From NCBI GenBank assembly GCA_900763995.1, contig CAAFMK010000036.1, positions 1 through 55,588 on the forward strand: 55,588 bases of DNA. The letters run 5' to 3'. The position numbers were made by a program, and so were the translations under genes. This DNA comes from an uncultured Oscillospiraceae bacterium. GTDB taxonomy: Bacteria > Bacillota > Clostridia > Oscillospirales > Oscillospiraceae. Below are positions 38,099-47,294 of this stretch, in pieces; positions within the stretch are counted from its first letter, which is position 1; every line of letters begins with the position of its first letter. Under the pieces are notes generated by a model that searched no databases, was not told the origin of the DNA, and worked only from the letters and a program-made list of their open reading frames with translations.

Positions 38099-38491
38099 TT
38101 ACAGCTTTGTTCCGCAGCTGCGGCAGAATCGATCATTTTTTCCACAGCGGGCGCTGCACACCGGGCAGGACTGGGCCTGGCGCAGATCGGCGATCCGGGC
38201 CTTTACCTCGGCGATCTTCTCCGCCATCTCGTCTGCCTGGGCCAGCAGCTGGGTGACCACATCCCCCTGTGGGAGCCGCCCCATATGGGTTTGATACATC
38301 ACCTGGCCCAGCTGGCACATAATGTCGTTGTACGCCCCATTGAGGTCAAACAGCTGCACATTCATCTTGGCCACATCCACCATCTGTCCCGCTCTTTTGC
38401 CAGCCACTCTGGCGGTGTCTGCGGCTGCATCGGCCGCTATGCCCGCGCCACCCCGAATCAGATCCAGCAGATCCTTTACCTTATCATCCAT
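38099..38491 (-). CDS. Hypothetical helical protein with a C-terminal zinc ribbon
   Basis: CPVC..CRSCG; AAAGGAG RBS. Confidence 0.8.
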   Translation of the reverse strand: MDDKVKDLLDLIRGGAGIAADAAADTARVAGKRAGQMVDVAKMNVQLFDLNGAYNDIMCQLGQVMYQTHMGRLPQGDVVTQLLAQADEMAEKIAEVKARIADLRQAQSCPVCSARCGKNDRFCRSCGTKL

Positions 38492-38537
38492 AAAAACGCG
38501 CTCCTTTCTGCATCATCGCTGCCTTTCGTGTCGCTAT

Positions 38538-38566
38538 ATTCTACACCAAGAATCCAAGGATTGCAA
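38538..38566 (-). promoter_or_regulatory. Promoter of the zinc-ribbon/punA/mtaD operon
   Basis: Minus strand TTGCAA-17 nt-TAGAAT. Confidence 0.65.
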
Positions 38567-38816
38567 CCAAAAAGGGGGGAGGCGAGGGCCATACACAGCC
38601 TCCCTTTTACTTTTTTGAACTCAAATCTCACACATTTTTTCAAATATCTTTCTATCCCATAATACCACAATGTTCTACAATTTTGGCATGAAAAGATGCC
38701 GAGGCTGCCTTCGGCTCTTTTCGGTATCCAGTATCGGTGAAGTGCGTGATTTAGTGAAATCACCGGAGTTCTACCCTATCCACACAAAGGTTAAAAGGGA
38801 GTACACAGCTTTTTCA

Positions 38817-38845
38817 TTGCTATTTCACCCAAGGGGTGGTAAAAT
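38817..38845 (+). promoter_or_regulatory. Promoter of the cell-wall operon
   Basis: TTGCTA-17 nt-TAAAAT with extended TG. Confidence 0.65.
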
Positions 38846-39005
38846 GAAAGGAATCTATACTCTGCTGTGTATGGTGGCTGGAGCGGGGTGGGTAAACTAT
38901 CCTCACGCTGGGCTGTTTTGCCAAATCACTGCCAGATCCAGCGGACTTTTTCAAATGGGGACTTGCCTGCCCCATTCCAAACCAGAGAAAAAAGGGGGCT
39001 TTGTT

Positions 39006-40073
39006 ATGCGCAAGCTGGTGATCGACCGCTCATCCATCAAGCATAACCTGTCCATCATCAAAGACCGGGCCGGGAATGCGGCCATCTATGGTGCACTGAC
39101 GGGGGACGGCGGTGGCGCTGGTATCATCCCTCTGGCTCAACTGCTGCGGGATGAGGGCATCGGCCGCTTTACCGTATCCGATATTCAGGAGGCCAAGCAG
39201 CTGCGGCAGGCCGGATTTGTGGAGGAGGAGATCCTCATGCTCCGGGCCACCACCGACCGCAGCGAGCTGGAGCAGCTGGTGGATCTGAATGTGGTGTGCA
39301 CCATCTCCTCTGTGGACACAGGCATGGCCCTCAACGCGCTGGCAGAAAACCGCTCCACCGTGGTAGAGGCCCACATTCAGGTGGACACCGGTATGGGCTT
39401 TGGGGGTTTTCTGGTCAGTGAGCCGGAAAAGCTGCTGCTGGCCTACCGCTCTTTGCCCAATGTGGCCCTGTCCGGCATATATACCCAGCTCCACACCGAC
39501 CAGTCCAACAGCTCCGGCTCCGCCCACCAGCTGGCGCAGTTTGAGCAGGTGCTAGAGGTGATCCGCACCGCCGGGTTTGAAACTGGAACAGTCCATGCCG
39601 CCGGCTCCTTCGCCCTGCTCCACAACGACGGGGCCATTCTGGATGCCGTCCGGGCGGGCTCTGCCATTTTAGGGCGGTGCCGCCGCACCAAGGACGACAG
39701 GCTCCGGGTGGTGGGCTATGGACAGGCCCCCCTGACCGAAGTGCGCTGGCTGCCCAAGGGGCACAGTGTGGGCACTGAGCGGCCCGTTATTCTCAAGCGG
39801 CCCACCCGGGTGGCGGTACTCCCTGTGGGGTACCAGAACGGCTATGGGGTCACCCGGCCCCAGCCGGAAACCTTCTTTGCGGCCTTTCGGGGCTGGAAGC
39901 AGTCCCGCCGCCGCACTGTGCGCATTGGCGACCAGCGGGCCAAACTTCTGGGGGCCATCGGCACCACAGAGACTATTTTGGATGTGACCAACCTGAAATG
40001 CTCCACCGGAGATCTGGCCATCTTTGAATTAGATCCCCTGTTTGCCAAAGGCTTTACCTTGGAATACCGATAA
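39006..40073 (+). CDS. Alanine-racemase-fold protein lacking the catalytic Lys and Tyr
   Basis: HNL, EA..LR.AG, HIQVDTGMG, VRAGSA and PVGY..G show the Alr fold; GALTGDGGGAG replaces AVVKANAYGHG; VGTE replaces VGYG. Confidence 0.8.
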   Translation: MRKLVIDRSSIKHNLSIIKDRAGNAAIYGALTGDGGGAGIIPLAQLLRDEGIGRFTVSDIQEAKQLRQAGFVEEEILMLRATTDRSELEQLVDLNVVCTISSVDTGMALNALAENRSTVVEAHIQVDTGMGFGGFLVSEPEKLLLAYRSLPNVALSGIYTQLHTDQSNSSGSAHQLAQFEQVLEVIRTAGFETGTVHAAGSFALLHNDGAILDAVRAGSAILGRCRRTKDDRLRVVGYGQAPLTEVRWLPKGHSVGTERPVILKRPTRVAVLPVGYQNGYGVTRPQPETFFAAFRGWKQSRRRTVRIGDQRAKLLGAIGTTETILDVTNLKCSTGDLAIFELDPLFAKGFTLEYR

Positions 40074-40091
40074 GAAAACGAGGTCTTTTCC

Positions 40092-41309
40092 ATGTCAAAT
40101 TCTCTCTCCTTCCAGCCCCTGCTCTTTGGTGGGGACATCAATGTATACAGTGTGGCCCGGGCCTTTCATGAGGCCTATGGGGTGCGCTCCATCGCCTACG
40201 GCAAGTACCCCTCCTTCCCCTGCCACGGCAGCGCCATTCTGGACTACCGGGTGTGCCCCAACAACGAGGACACCCAGGCCTTCCGCCAGAATGTGGAGAC
40301 TGTGTCCCGGGAATTTCCCGACAAAAAAGTGCTGCTGCTGGGGTGTGGAGACAGCTATGTGCAGCTTGCCGCCCACTGCAAGGACAGTTTCCCCGAAAAT
40401 GTCATCGCCCCCTACATTGATGGACAGCTGCTGGATACCCTGATCGACAAGGAGCAGTTTTATGCCCTGTGCGACCAGTACGGGGTAGACCACCCGGCCA
40501 CCTTTATCTATGATGGCTCCATGGGCCACGACTTCACCCTGCCCTGGGGCGGGCCCTACATCGCCAAGCCCGCTGACAGCGTGGCCTACTGGGACTGTGG
40601 AGACCACTCTCTGGCCAAGGTGTACATCTGCGACAGCTGGCAGGAGCTGCTGGACAGCCTTGACCATGTCTACGCCGCTGGGTATCAGGGCCACATGGTA
40701 CTACAGGAGTTCATCCCCGGGGATGACAGCTATATGCGGGTGCTCACCAACTACTCCGACCACAACGGACAGGTGAAGCTGATGTGTCTGGGCCATGTGC
40801 TGCTGGAGGAGCACTCCCCCCACGGCATTGGCAACCACGCCGTCATCATCACCGAGCACGATGAGGCGCTGGAGCAGAAGATCAAGGGCCTGCTGGAGCG
40901 CCTGCACTATGTGGGCTTTTCCAACTTCGACATCAAATATGACAGCCGGGACGGCAAGTATAAGGCCTTTGAGATCAACTGCCGCCAGGGCCGGAGCAAC
41001 TACTATGTCACCGGGGCGGGCCACAACATCGCCAAGCTGGTGGTGGAGGACTATGTACAGGGCAAAGAGCTGCCCCTTGTCATCACAAAAAACCGCTCCC
41101 TGTGGCGGATGGTTCCCAAACATGTGGCCTTTAAATTCACCCCCAAAAAGTACCATCAGGAGATGCGGGCCCTTATCCGGGCCGGGGCGGACAGCCACTC
41201 TCTGGTCTATCAGAAGGACAGCGCCCTCAAGCGCCGTCTGCGGGTGTTGAAAAACCATCTGGGCAACATCAAGCGCTTTGACCAGTACAACCGCATTCCA
41301 AAAGACTAA
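40092..41309 (+). CDS. ATP-grasp carboxylate-amine ligase, D-aspartate ligase (Asl/YxbA)-like
   Basis: GGDINVYSVARAFHEAYG, DKEQFY, KPADS, QEFIPGDD, NFDIKYD, FEINCRQGRSNYY. Confidence 0.85.
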   Translation: MSNSLSFQPLLFGGDINVYSVARAFHEAYGVRSIAYGKYPSFPCHGSAILDYRVCPNNEDTQAFRQNVETVSREFPDKKVLLLGCGDSYVQLAAHCKDSFPENVIAPYIDGQLLDTLIDKEQFYALCDQYGVDHPATFIYDGSMGHDFTLPWGGPYIAKPADSVAYWDCGDHSLAKVYICDSWQELLDSLDHVYAAGYQGHMVLQEFIPGDDSYMRVLTNYSDHNGQVKLMCLGHVLLEEHSPHGIGNHAVIITEHDEALEQKIKGLLERLHYVGFSNFDIKYDSRDGKYKAFEINCRQGRSNYYVTGAGHNIAKLVVEDYVQGKELPLVITKNRSLWRMVPKHVAFKFTPKKYHQEMRALIRAGADSHSLVYQKDSALKRRLRVLKNHLGNIKRFDQYNRIPKD

Positions 41310-41329
41310 TCCCCCACAGGAGGGCCCCT

Positions 41330-42049
41330 ATGCCAAATTACCGTCTGGGTGTGCTGGGGGGCATGGGCCCCCAGGCCACTAACACCTTTTACCAGTTTAT
41401 CCTTGACCGCACCGATGCACAGCGGGATCAGGATCACCTCAGTGCCCTGATTTTGTCCGACAGCCAGATGCCTGACCGGACTGCCGCCATTTTGGGTACC
41501 CAGCAGGAGAAACAGGCCGTCTTTGACCGTCTGCTCTCCGATGCCCGTCTGCTGGAGGGGGCTGGCTGCACAGTCATCGCCGTCCCCTGCAACACCTCCC
41601 ACTTTTTTCTTGACCAGGTACAGCAGGAAATTGGAATCCCTATCCTCCACATGATTCGGGAGACCGCCCAGCAGCTGGCCCGCCAGGGGTGCAGGCACCC
41701 GGGGATCCTGGCCACAGACGGCACCATCCGCACTGGGCTCTACCAAAAGGAATTTGCCGCTGTGGGCATTGAGGCGGTCACCCCATCCCCACAGGCTCAG
41801 GCAATGGTCATGTCCCTCATTTATGAGGACATCAAGGCCGGGCGGGATGCTGACCCACAGCAGTTTGCCGCCATCCACGCCGACCTCCTCCAGCAGGGCT
41901 GCGACTGTGGGGTGCTGGCCTGCACCGAGCTGTCCGTCTTTGGGGACAGGCACCATCTGCCCCCCTTTTACACTGACGCAATGGCGGTGCTGGCTGAACG
42001 GGCGGTGCTGTCCTGTGGAAAACCCCTGCGCCACATTTTCATGCAATAG
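41330..42049 (+). CDS. racD: Aspartate racemase (Asp/Glu racemase family)
   Basis: GVLGGMGPQAT, DQDH, PDRT, PCNTSH, LACTELS (both catalytic Cys present). Confidence 0.88.
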   Translation: MPNYRLGVLGGMGPQATNTFYQFILDRTDAQRDQDHLSALILSDSQMPDRTAAILGTQQEKQAVFDRLLSDARLLEGAGCTVIAVPCNTSHFFLDQVQQEIGIPILHMIRETAQQLARQGCRHPGILATDGTIRTGLYQKEFAAVGIEAVTPSPQAQAMVMSLIYEDIKAGRDADPQQFAAIHADLLQQGCDCGVLACTELSVFGDRHHLPPFYTDAMAVLAERAVLSCGKPLRHIFMQ

Positions 42050-42058
42050 AGGTGCGTT

Positions 42059-44422
42059 ATGGTACACACACTACATGATTATCTCTCCTTACTCAAAGAT
42101 CATGCGCTGCTCTCAGCTCCCATTCCAGAGGGCCTTGATCCCTCTGCTCCAGTGGCGCTGGTGTCCTACGACTCCCGCCAGGTGGCGCCAGGCACCCTGT
42201 TTTTGTGCAAGGGTGCCCATTTTAAACCGGAATTTCTGGAGATGGCCAAGGCGGGGGGTGCCGTTGCCTATGTGAGCCAGACCCCATACCCCCAGGTGGA
42301 TCTGCCCTGCATTCTGGTAAATGATATGCGCCAGACCATCGCCCCGCTGGCAGACCTCTTTTACGGCCATCCATCTCAGACCTTAAAAGTCATTGGTCTT
42401 ACCGGCACCAAGGGCAAGTCCTCCACCGCCTACTATCTGAAATACATTTTAGATGAGTATATGGCCCAGCAGGGCAGGGGGGAGAGCGGTATCATCTCCT
42501 CCATTGACACCTACGACGGGGTGGAGCGCTTTGAGTCCCATCTGACCACCCCGGAGCCGCTGGAGCTCCAGCGGCACTTTGCCCACGGGTTGGAGACTGG
42601 GATGGAGTACCTCACCATGGAGGTATCCAGTCAGGCTCTGAAATACCACCGCACCCTCTGCACCCAGTTTGCCGCCACCTGTTTTCTCAACATCGGCACC
42701 GACCACATCTCCCCCATTGAGCACCCGGACTTTGAGGACTACTTCTCCTCCAAGCTGAAAATTTTCACCCAGGGGGCCATCAACTGTGTCAATCTGGACT
42801 GCGACCACGCAGACCGCATCCTTCAGGCCGCCCAGCAGGCGGGCAGACCTCTGTTCACCTTCTCCCAGACCAATGAGCAGGCCGATGTATACGCCTCTCA
42901 GGTGCGCAAGCGGGGCAATGACATCCTGTTCCGGGTCAAGACCCGGCGGTTTCTCCGGGAGTTCCGCCTGACCATGCCGGGGCTGTTCAATGTAGAAAAC
43001 GCGCTGGCGGCCATCGCCGTATGCGAGGGACTGCAAATTCCGGAGCGGTGCATCTATGTGGGCCTGATGAAGGCCCGGGTGCCCGGGCGAATGGAGGTCT
43101 ACTCCAACGCAGATGACACCGTCATTGCCATTGTGGACTACGCCCACAACCGCATGAGCTTTGAGACCCTGTTCCGCTCTGTTCAGGCCGAGTACCCAGG
43201 TCGGCGGATCGTCACCGTCTTTGGCTGTCCGGGGAAAAAAGCCCTGGATCGGCGGCGGGATCTGGGGGAGGTCTCGGGAAAATACTCTGATCTGGTCATC
43301 CTCACCGAGGAGGACAGCGGGGAGGAGGACACCCAGACCATCTGTGAGGAGATCGCTGGCCATGTGGCACAGCAAAACTGTGAGTACTCCATCGAGCCCA
43401 ACCGGGGCGAGGCCATCCGGCAGGCCATTTTGGGGTGCAGCCAGCCCTCTGTTTTGCTCATCACCGGCAAGGGGGCTGAGACCCGCCAGAAGCGGGGCAC
43501 CCAGTATATCGACACCCCATCTGATGTGGACTATGTACACAGCTTCCTCCATGAGTACGATGTACAGCATGGGCTGGACGGCATGGAGAAGGTGCGCAGT
43601 CTGCTGTCCCTTCTGCCCATCCTCAAGCGCCACGAGGGTAAAACTGTGGTGGTCAAATACGGCGGCTCTGCCATCGGGGCCGAGTCTGACCGGGACACCA
43701 CCTTACAGGATGTAGCCGCCCTGCGGATGGTTGGAATGCGGGTGGTGCTGGTACACGGGGGCGGCAAGCACATCACCGCCCTGCTGGACAAGCTCCATGT
43801 GCCCACCCGCTTTGAAAATGGCTATCGGGTCACCGATGAGGCCGCACTGGGTGCCGCCGAGCTGGCCCTGTCCGCACAGGTCAACAAGGCCATTGTCAGC
43901 GATCTGGCACAGCTGGAGGTGTCCGGCGTGGGCCTGTCGGGCAAGGACGGGGGTCTTATCACCGCCGCTGTGAAAGACCCCGCTCTGGGCCGGGTGGGTA
44001 CCATCACCAAGGTCAATCCCAAGGTGCTCAACACCCTGCTGGACGCCGACTTTTTGCCTGTCATTTCCCCCATCGCACTGGGGGAGGACGGCGGCGGGCT
44101 CAACTGCAACGCCGATGACGCCGCCCGGGCGGTGGCCGAGGCCCTTGGGGCGGAGAGCCTTGTTTTCCTCACCGACATCGGGGGTATCCTCATCGACAGC
44201 CACAACAGCAAGACCGCCGTAGACCGCATGGACATCAAGCGGGCCCAGGAGCTGATCGAGACCGGGCTGATCGCCGGGGGCATGGTGCCCAAGGTACAGG
44301 GCTGCATCCACGCCATCCGCGGCGGGGTGGGGGAGGTCTCCATTCTGGATGGCCGGGTGGAGCACGCACTGCTGCTGCATATGCTGGGCCAGCGCTCCTC
44401 CGGCACCACCATTACCGGATGA
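42059..44422 (+). CDS. murE-argB: MurE-type UDP-MurNAc-tripeptide synthetase fused to N-acetylglutamate kinase
   Basis: MurE: GLTGTKGKSS, LTTPE, MEVSS, GRME, VDYAHN. ArgB from Met509 (43583): VVKYGG, VHGGG, GYRVT, NCNADD, LTDIGG, GGMVPK. One continuous 787-aa frame. Confidence 0.92.
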   Translation: MVHTLHDYLSLLKDHALLSAPIPEGLDPSAPVALVSYDSRQVAPGTLFLCKGAHFKPEFLEMAKAGGAVAYVSQTPYPQVDLPCILVNDMRQTIAPLADLFYGHPSQTLKVIGLTGTKGKSSTAYYLKYILDEYMAQQGRGESGIISSIDTYDGVERFESHLTTPEPLELQRHFAHGLETGMEYLTMEVSSQALKYHRTLCTQFAATCFLNIGTDHISPIEHPDFEDYFSSKLKIFTQGAINCVNLDCDHADRILQAAQQAGRPLFTFSQTNEQADVYASQVRKRGNDILFRVKTRRFLREFRLTMPGLFNVENALAAIAVCEGLQIPERCIYVGLMKARVPGRMEVYSNADDTVIAIVDYAHNRMSFETLFRSVQAEYPGRRIVTVFGCPGKKALDRRRDLGEVSGKYSDLVILTEEDSGEEDTQTICEEIAGHVAQQNCEYSIEPNRGEAIRQAILGCSQPSVLLITGKGAETRQKRGTQYIDTPSDVDYVHSFLHEYDVQHGLDGMEKVRSLLSLLPILKRHEGKTVVVKYGGSAIGAESDRDTTLQDVAALRMVGMRVVLVHGGGKHITALLDKLHVPTRFENGYRVTDEAALGAAELALSAQVNKAIVSDLAQLEVSGVGLSGKDGGLITAAVKDPALGRVGTITKVNPKVLNTLLDADFLPVISPIALGEDGGGLNCNADDAARAVAEALGAESLVFLTDIGGILIDSHNSKTAVDRMDIKRAQELIETGLIAGGMVPKVQGCIHAIRGGVGEVSILDGRVEHALLLHMLGQRSSGTTITG

Positions 44423-44436
44423 TCCGGCATCATATC

Positions 44437-44479
44437 AAAAAAAACTGGACGGCTGAACAACTCAGCCATCCAGTTTTTT
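44437..44479. terminator. Bidirectional terminator
   Basis: AAAAAACTGGACGGCTGA/TCAGCCATCCAGTTTTTT. Confidence 0.85.
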
Positions 44480-44488
44480 ACTGTTCGA

Positions 44489-46417
44489 TCACCCTATTTC
44501 AGCGGCGGCAGGGCGAAACAGCTCCCCATCGTCCTGGATGATCCCGTTTTCCTTCAGCCAGTCCAGGGTATGTCTGGCCTGGGGCTGAAGGGTAACACCA
44601 ATGCGGTACTGCCTTTGATAGCTGGTGTCTCCGCCTACATAGCTATAGCCCCTCATATCCTCAGAGCTCTGGTCATCCCCTATGATCCAAATAAACTCCG
44701 CATAGGGGGTGGCATAGTCCGATGTTTCCCCATCAGGTGCAAACAGGGTGTGTATACCCAGATTTTTCTCTTGCATATCCTGGCACACAGCGTTCCACAG
44801 GCCCTTCAAGTCCTCTGTCTGGTCTTTCAGATAGAGGGTGGTCATCTCGCCATTTTCCCTTCGTACATTGTCCACATATGCCTCAAGGAGTACCCCCCGA
44901 TCATAGAAATCCATGTCATATCGGATACGAACCATATCCTCATCCTGCAAGATCTGCTGGGCGTACCAAGTCAGGGTGCCCTCCTGCTCCAGCTCCTCTC
45001 GATAGACTGGTACACCGTAGTAGGAGCGCTCCAGAGTAGTGCCGTTTTTCAGCTTGTATATCAGCTGGAAGGAGATATAGTCGTCTCCATTCCCCCTGTC
45101 CTTTGCATCCACAGCGCCCTGGTGCAGCCCTACGGCATATTCGATCAGCTCCTTATCACTGCCAAAGAGGGAGAGCCCCCGGTACGAGTGGGGATACCCA
45201 AAGCTCCCCCCAGAGGACAGCTCCACCCGCTCCACCTGATCCACGGTGGGCACCCGTTTCTCCACACCAAACACATCGAACATACACACCAGAGCGATGG
45301 CCAGCATGGCCGCCACTGCCGCCACACAGCCCTTCCACGACTTTTGTACACGGAATGTCTGCTTGAGCAGCATCTCAGCCACAAAATAGCCAATGGCGGT
45401 ACACACCAGCATACTGGATACCATGGGGATGGAGGAGTTGTAGTACCAGCCAAAAAACTCGCTGACCAGCGTGCCCAGACACAGGCCGGAGCACAGGGCC
45501 ACCCCATACTTAAAGATGGGTTTGACCACAGGGACAGTGACCACATCCCCAGCGCTCTCAATGTGCCGGTGGCGATAGATGTATAAAGACACAACGGTGA
45601 GCAAAAGCCCCACTCCGGTATAGATGGCGATGTCTGTTGGGCTTTGCAGATGATACACCCGGGTGTAGATGTCTCCATCCTGCATCACCTTCTCCGGCCA
45701 CCACATACAGGCCCGCTGAAGCCGGATGAAGGGGGTGAGGTAATCTGAGAGTACAAAGGATGATGCACTGTAGCCGTAGTAGAAGCTGCGCATCATCTGA
45801 ACCACCAGAGAGCTGAGCACCATGACCAGACAATTCAAAATGCCATAGAAAATGGGCAGTGCCAGTATGTTTCCGGTAAACATGGCGCAGAATGTGGCAA
45901 AGGAGTAGAAGAACAGGCACACCCCAGCCATCGCCAGCTCCAAAATGAGCAGGGGCTTCATCATGGTGGGCCAGAGTGACGGATCTGGTACCAGAGACAT
46001 CTGGACAATGACCATCAGCACACCTGCCCCAGCCAGGGGCACCAGCAGCATGGACAGGCCCGCCAGATACTGGGTGGTGAATATGGTCTCCCGGCGCATG
46101 GGCAGCGCGTGCATCATGCAGGCCGAGCGGTTGTTGTACAGATAGCCAAAGGATGCCATGGCCACCAGCACCCCAACAGCCATAGCCATCATCACCCCAA
46201 ACATCATAAGTTCGGGCAGGGACTTGCTGGCGTTGATGATGGTTTCTCTGGCATTTGCAACAGAGCCTCCCCAGCGCATCTCATCAAAATATCGACTGAG
46301 CAGATTGAAGGGCATGAGAAACAGCCACATGACTCCCCACAAAGCCCACAAAGGCCAGAACCGTGTTATGGTTTTGCGGTACAGGGTGGAATTAAAGTAC
46401 GATGTCTCGGACACCAT
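44489..46417 (-). CDS. ABC transporter permease with a C-terminal soluble domain
   Basis: Many TM helices, HALPMRRE motif; overlaps the ABC ATPase gene. Confidence 0.82.
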   Translation of the reverse strand: MVSETSYFNSTLYRKTITRFWPLWALWGVMWLFLMPFNLLSRYFDEMRWGGSVANARETIINASKSLPELMMFGVMMAMAVGVLVAMASFGYLYNNRSACMMHALPMRRETIFTTQYLAGLSMLLVPLAGAGVLMVIVQMSLVPDPSLWPTMMKPLLILELAMAGVCLFFYSFATFCAMFTGNILALPIFYGILNCLVMVLSSLVVQMMRSFYYGYSASSFVLSDYLTPFIRLQRACMWWPEKVMQDGDIYTRVYHLQSPTDIAIYTGVGLLLTVVSLYIYRHRHIESAGDVVTVPVVKPIFKYGVALCSGLCLGTLVSEFFGWYYNSSIPMVSSMLVCTAIGYFVAEMLLKQTFRVQKSWKGCVAAVAAMLAIALVCMFDVFGVEKRVPTVDQVERVELSSGGSFGYPHSYRGLSLFGSDKELIEYAVGLHQGAVDAKDRGNGDDYISFQLIYKLKNGTTLERSYYGVPVYREELEQEGTLTWYAQQILQDEDMVRIRYDMDFYDRGVLLEAYVDNVRRENGEMTTLYLKDQTEDLKGLWNAVCQDMQEKNLGIHTLFAPDGETSDYATPYAEFIWIIGDDQSSEDMRGYSYVGGDTSYQRQYRIGVTLQPQARHTLDWLKENGIIQDDGELFRPAAAEIG

Positions 46418-47294
46418 AGTGCTCACCTCCCATTTCATAAATAAAGATCTCCTCCAAAGACAGAGGCAGGGCCTCCATCAGGATGGGGGAGTACACCGCC
46501 ATACGGGTGCGCACTTCGGCGGGATTGCCCCGGACGATGAGGGTAAAGACCCGGCCCAGCTGGCTTTTGTGGAGCACATTCAGATCCTCTGGCAGCTTTG
46601 GCAGCTCACCATCCTGAAAGGCCAGCTGGAGCTTGACCACATTGTCCTGCAAATCGTTCAGTGACCGCTCCAGCAGCACCTTTCCGTGGGAGAGCACCCC
46701 CACATGGTCACACACATCCTCCAGCTCCCGCAGGTTGTGGGAGGAGACCAGCACTGTGGTGCCCCGCTGGGCCACATCCCCCATGAGCAGTGACCACACC
46801 TGTCGGCGCATCACCGGGTCAAGGCCGTCCACCGGCTCATCCAGCACCAGCAGCTCCGGGTCGCAGCACAGACTCAGCCAGAAGGCGCTCTGCTTTTGCA
46901 TCCCCTTGGACAGGCGGCGGATGGGCTGGTTCTGATCCACCTCGGGGAAGGCATCCTTCAAGGCCTCAAACCGTCTGGTATCGAATCTGGGGTAGATCCC
47001 CTTATAAAACTTCATCATATCCCGGGTGGATGCGGAGACAAAATAGTAGAGCTCATCGGGAATGGCGGCAATTTTGCTCTTGACCGTCGGATTTTCATAT
47101 ACCGGCTGTCCGTCCACGCTGACAGAGCCGGAGTCGGGGCGGTAAATCCCCATAATATGCCGCAAGATGGTGGATTTGCCCGCTCCGTTGGGGCCCACCA
47201 GTCCATAGATGGAGCCCTTCTCCACCGTCATGGACAGACCGTCTAACGCCCGGAACCCGTCAAAGGTTTTGACTACATTGTTGACCTGTATCAT
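46392..47294 (-). CDS. ABC transporter ATP-binding protein (YtrB-like)
   Basis: GPNGAGKST, LSKGM, VLDEP, SSH. Confidence 0.95.
   Translation of the reverse strand: MIQVNNVVKTFDGFRALDGLSMTVEKGSIYGLVGPNGAGKSTILRHIMGIYRPDSGSVSVDGQPVYENPTVKSKIAAIPDELYYFVSASTRDMMKFYKGIYPRFDTRRFEALKDAFPEVDQNQPIRRLSKGMQKQSAFWLSLCCDPELLVLDEPVDGLDPVMRRQVWSLLMGDVAQRGTTVLVSSHNLRELEDVCDHVGVLSHGKVLLERSLNDLQDNVVKLQLAFQDGELPKLPEDLNVLHKSQLGRVFTLIVRGNPAEVRTRMAVYSPILMEALPLSLEEIFIYEMGGEHYGVRDIVL

Noticed and set aside
38670..39005. 112-aa N-terminal extension of the Alr-like ORF
   Set aside because: It spans the predicted promoter and is not protein-like; the Alr fold begins at ATG 39006 after AAGGGGG.
38850..39005. Riboswitch in the leader of the cell-wall operon
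   Set aside because: Only weak hairpins, with no aptamer consensus or terminator that I can recognise; an Rfam scan would settle it.
39006..44422. van-type glycopeptide resistance cluster
   Set aside because: The ATP-grasp protein has Asl-type rather than D-Ala-D-X ligase motifs, and there is no vanRS, vanX or vanY.
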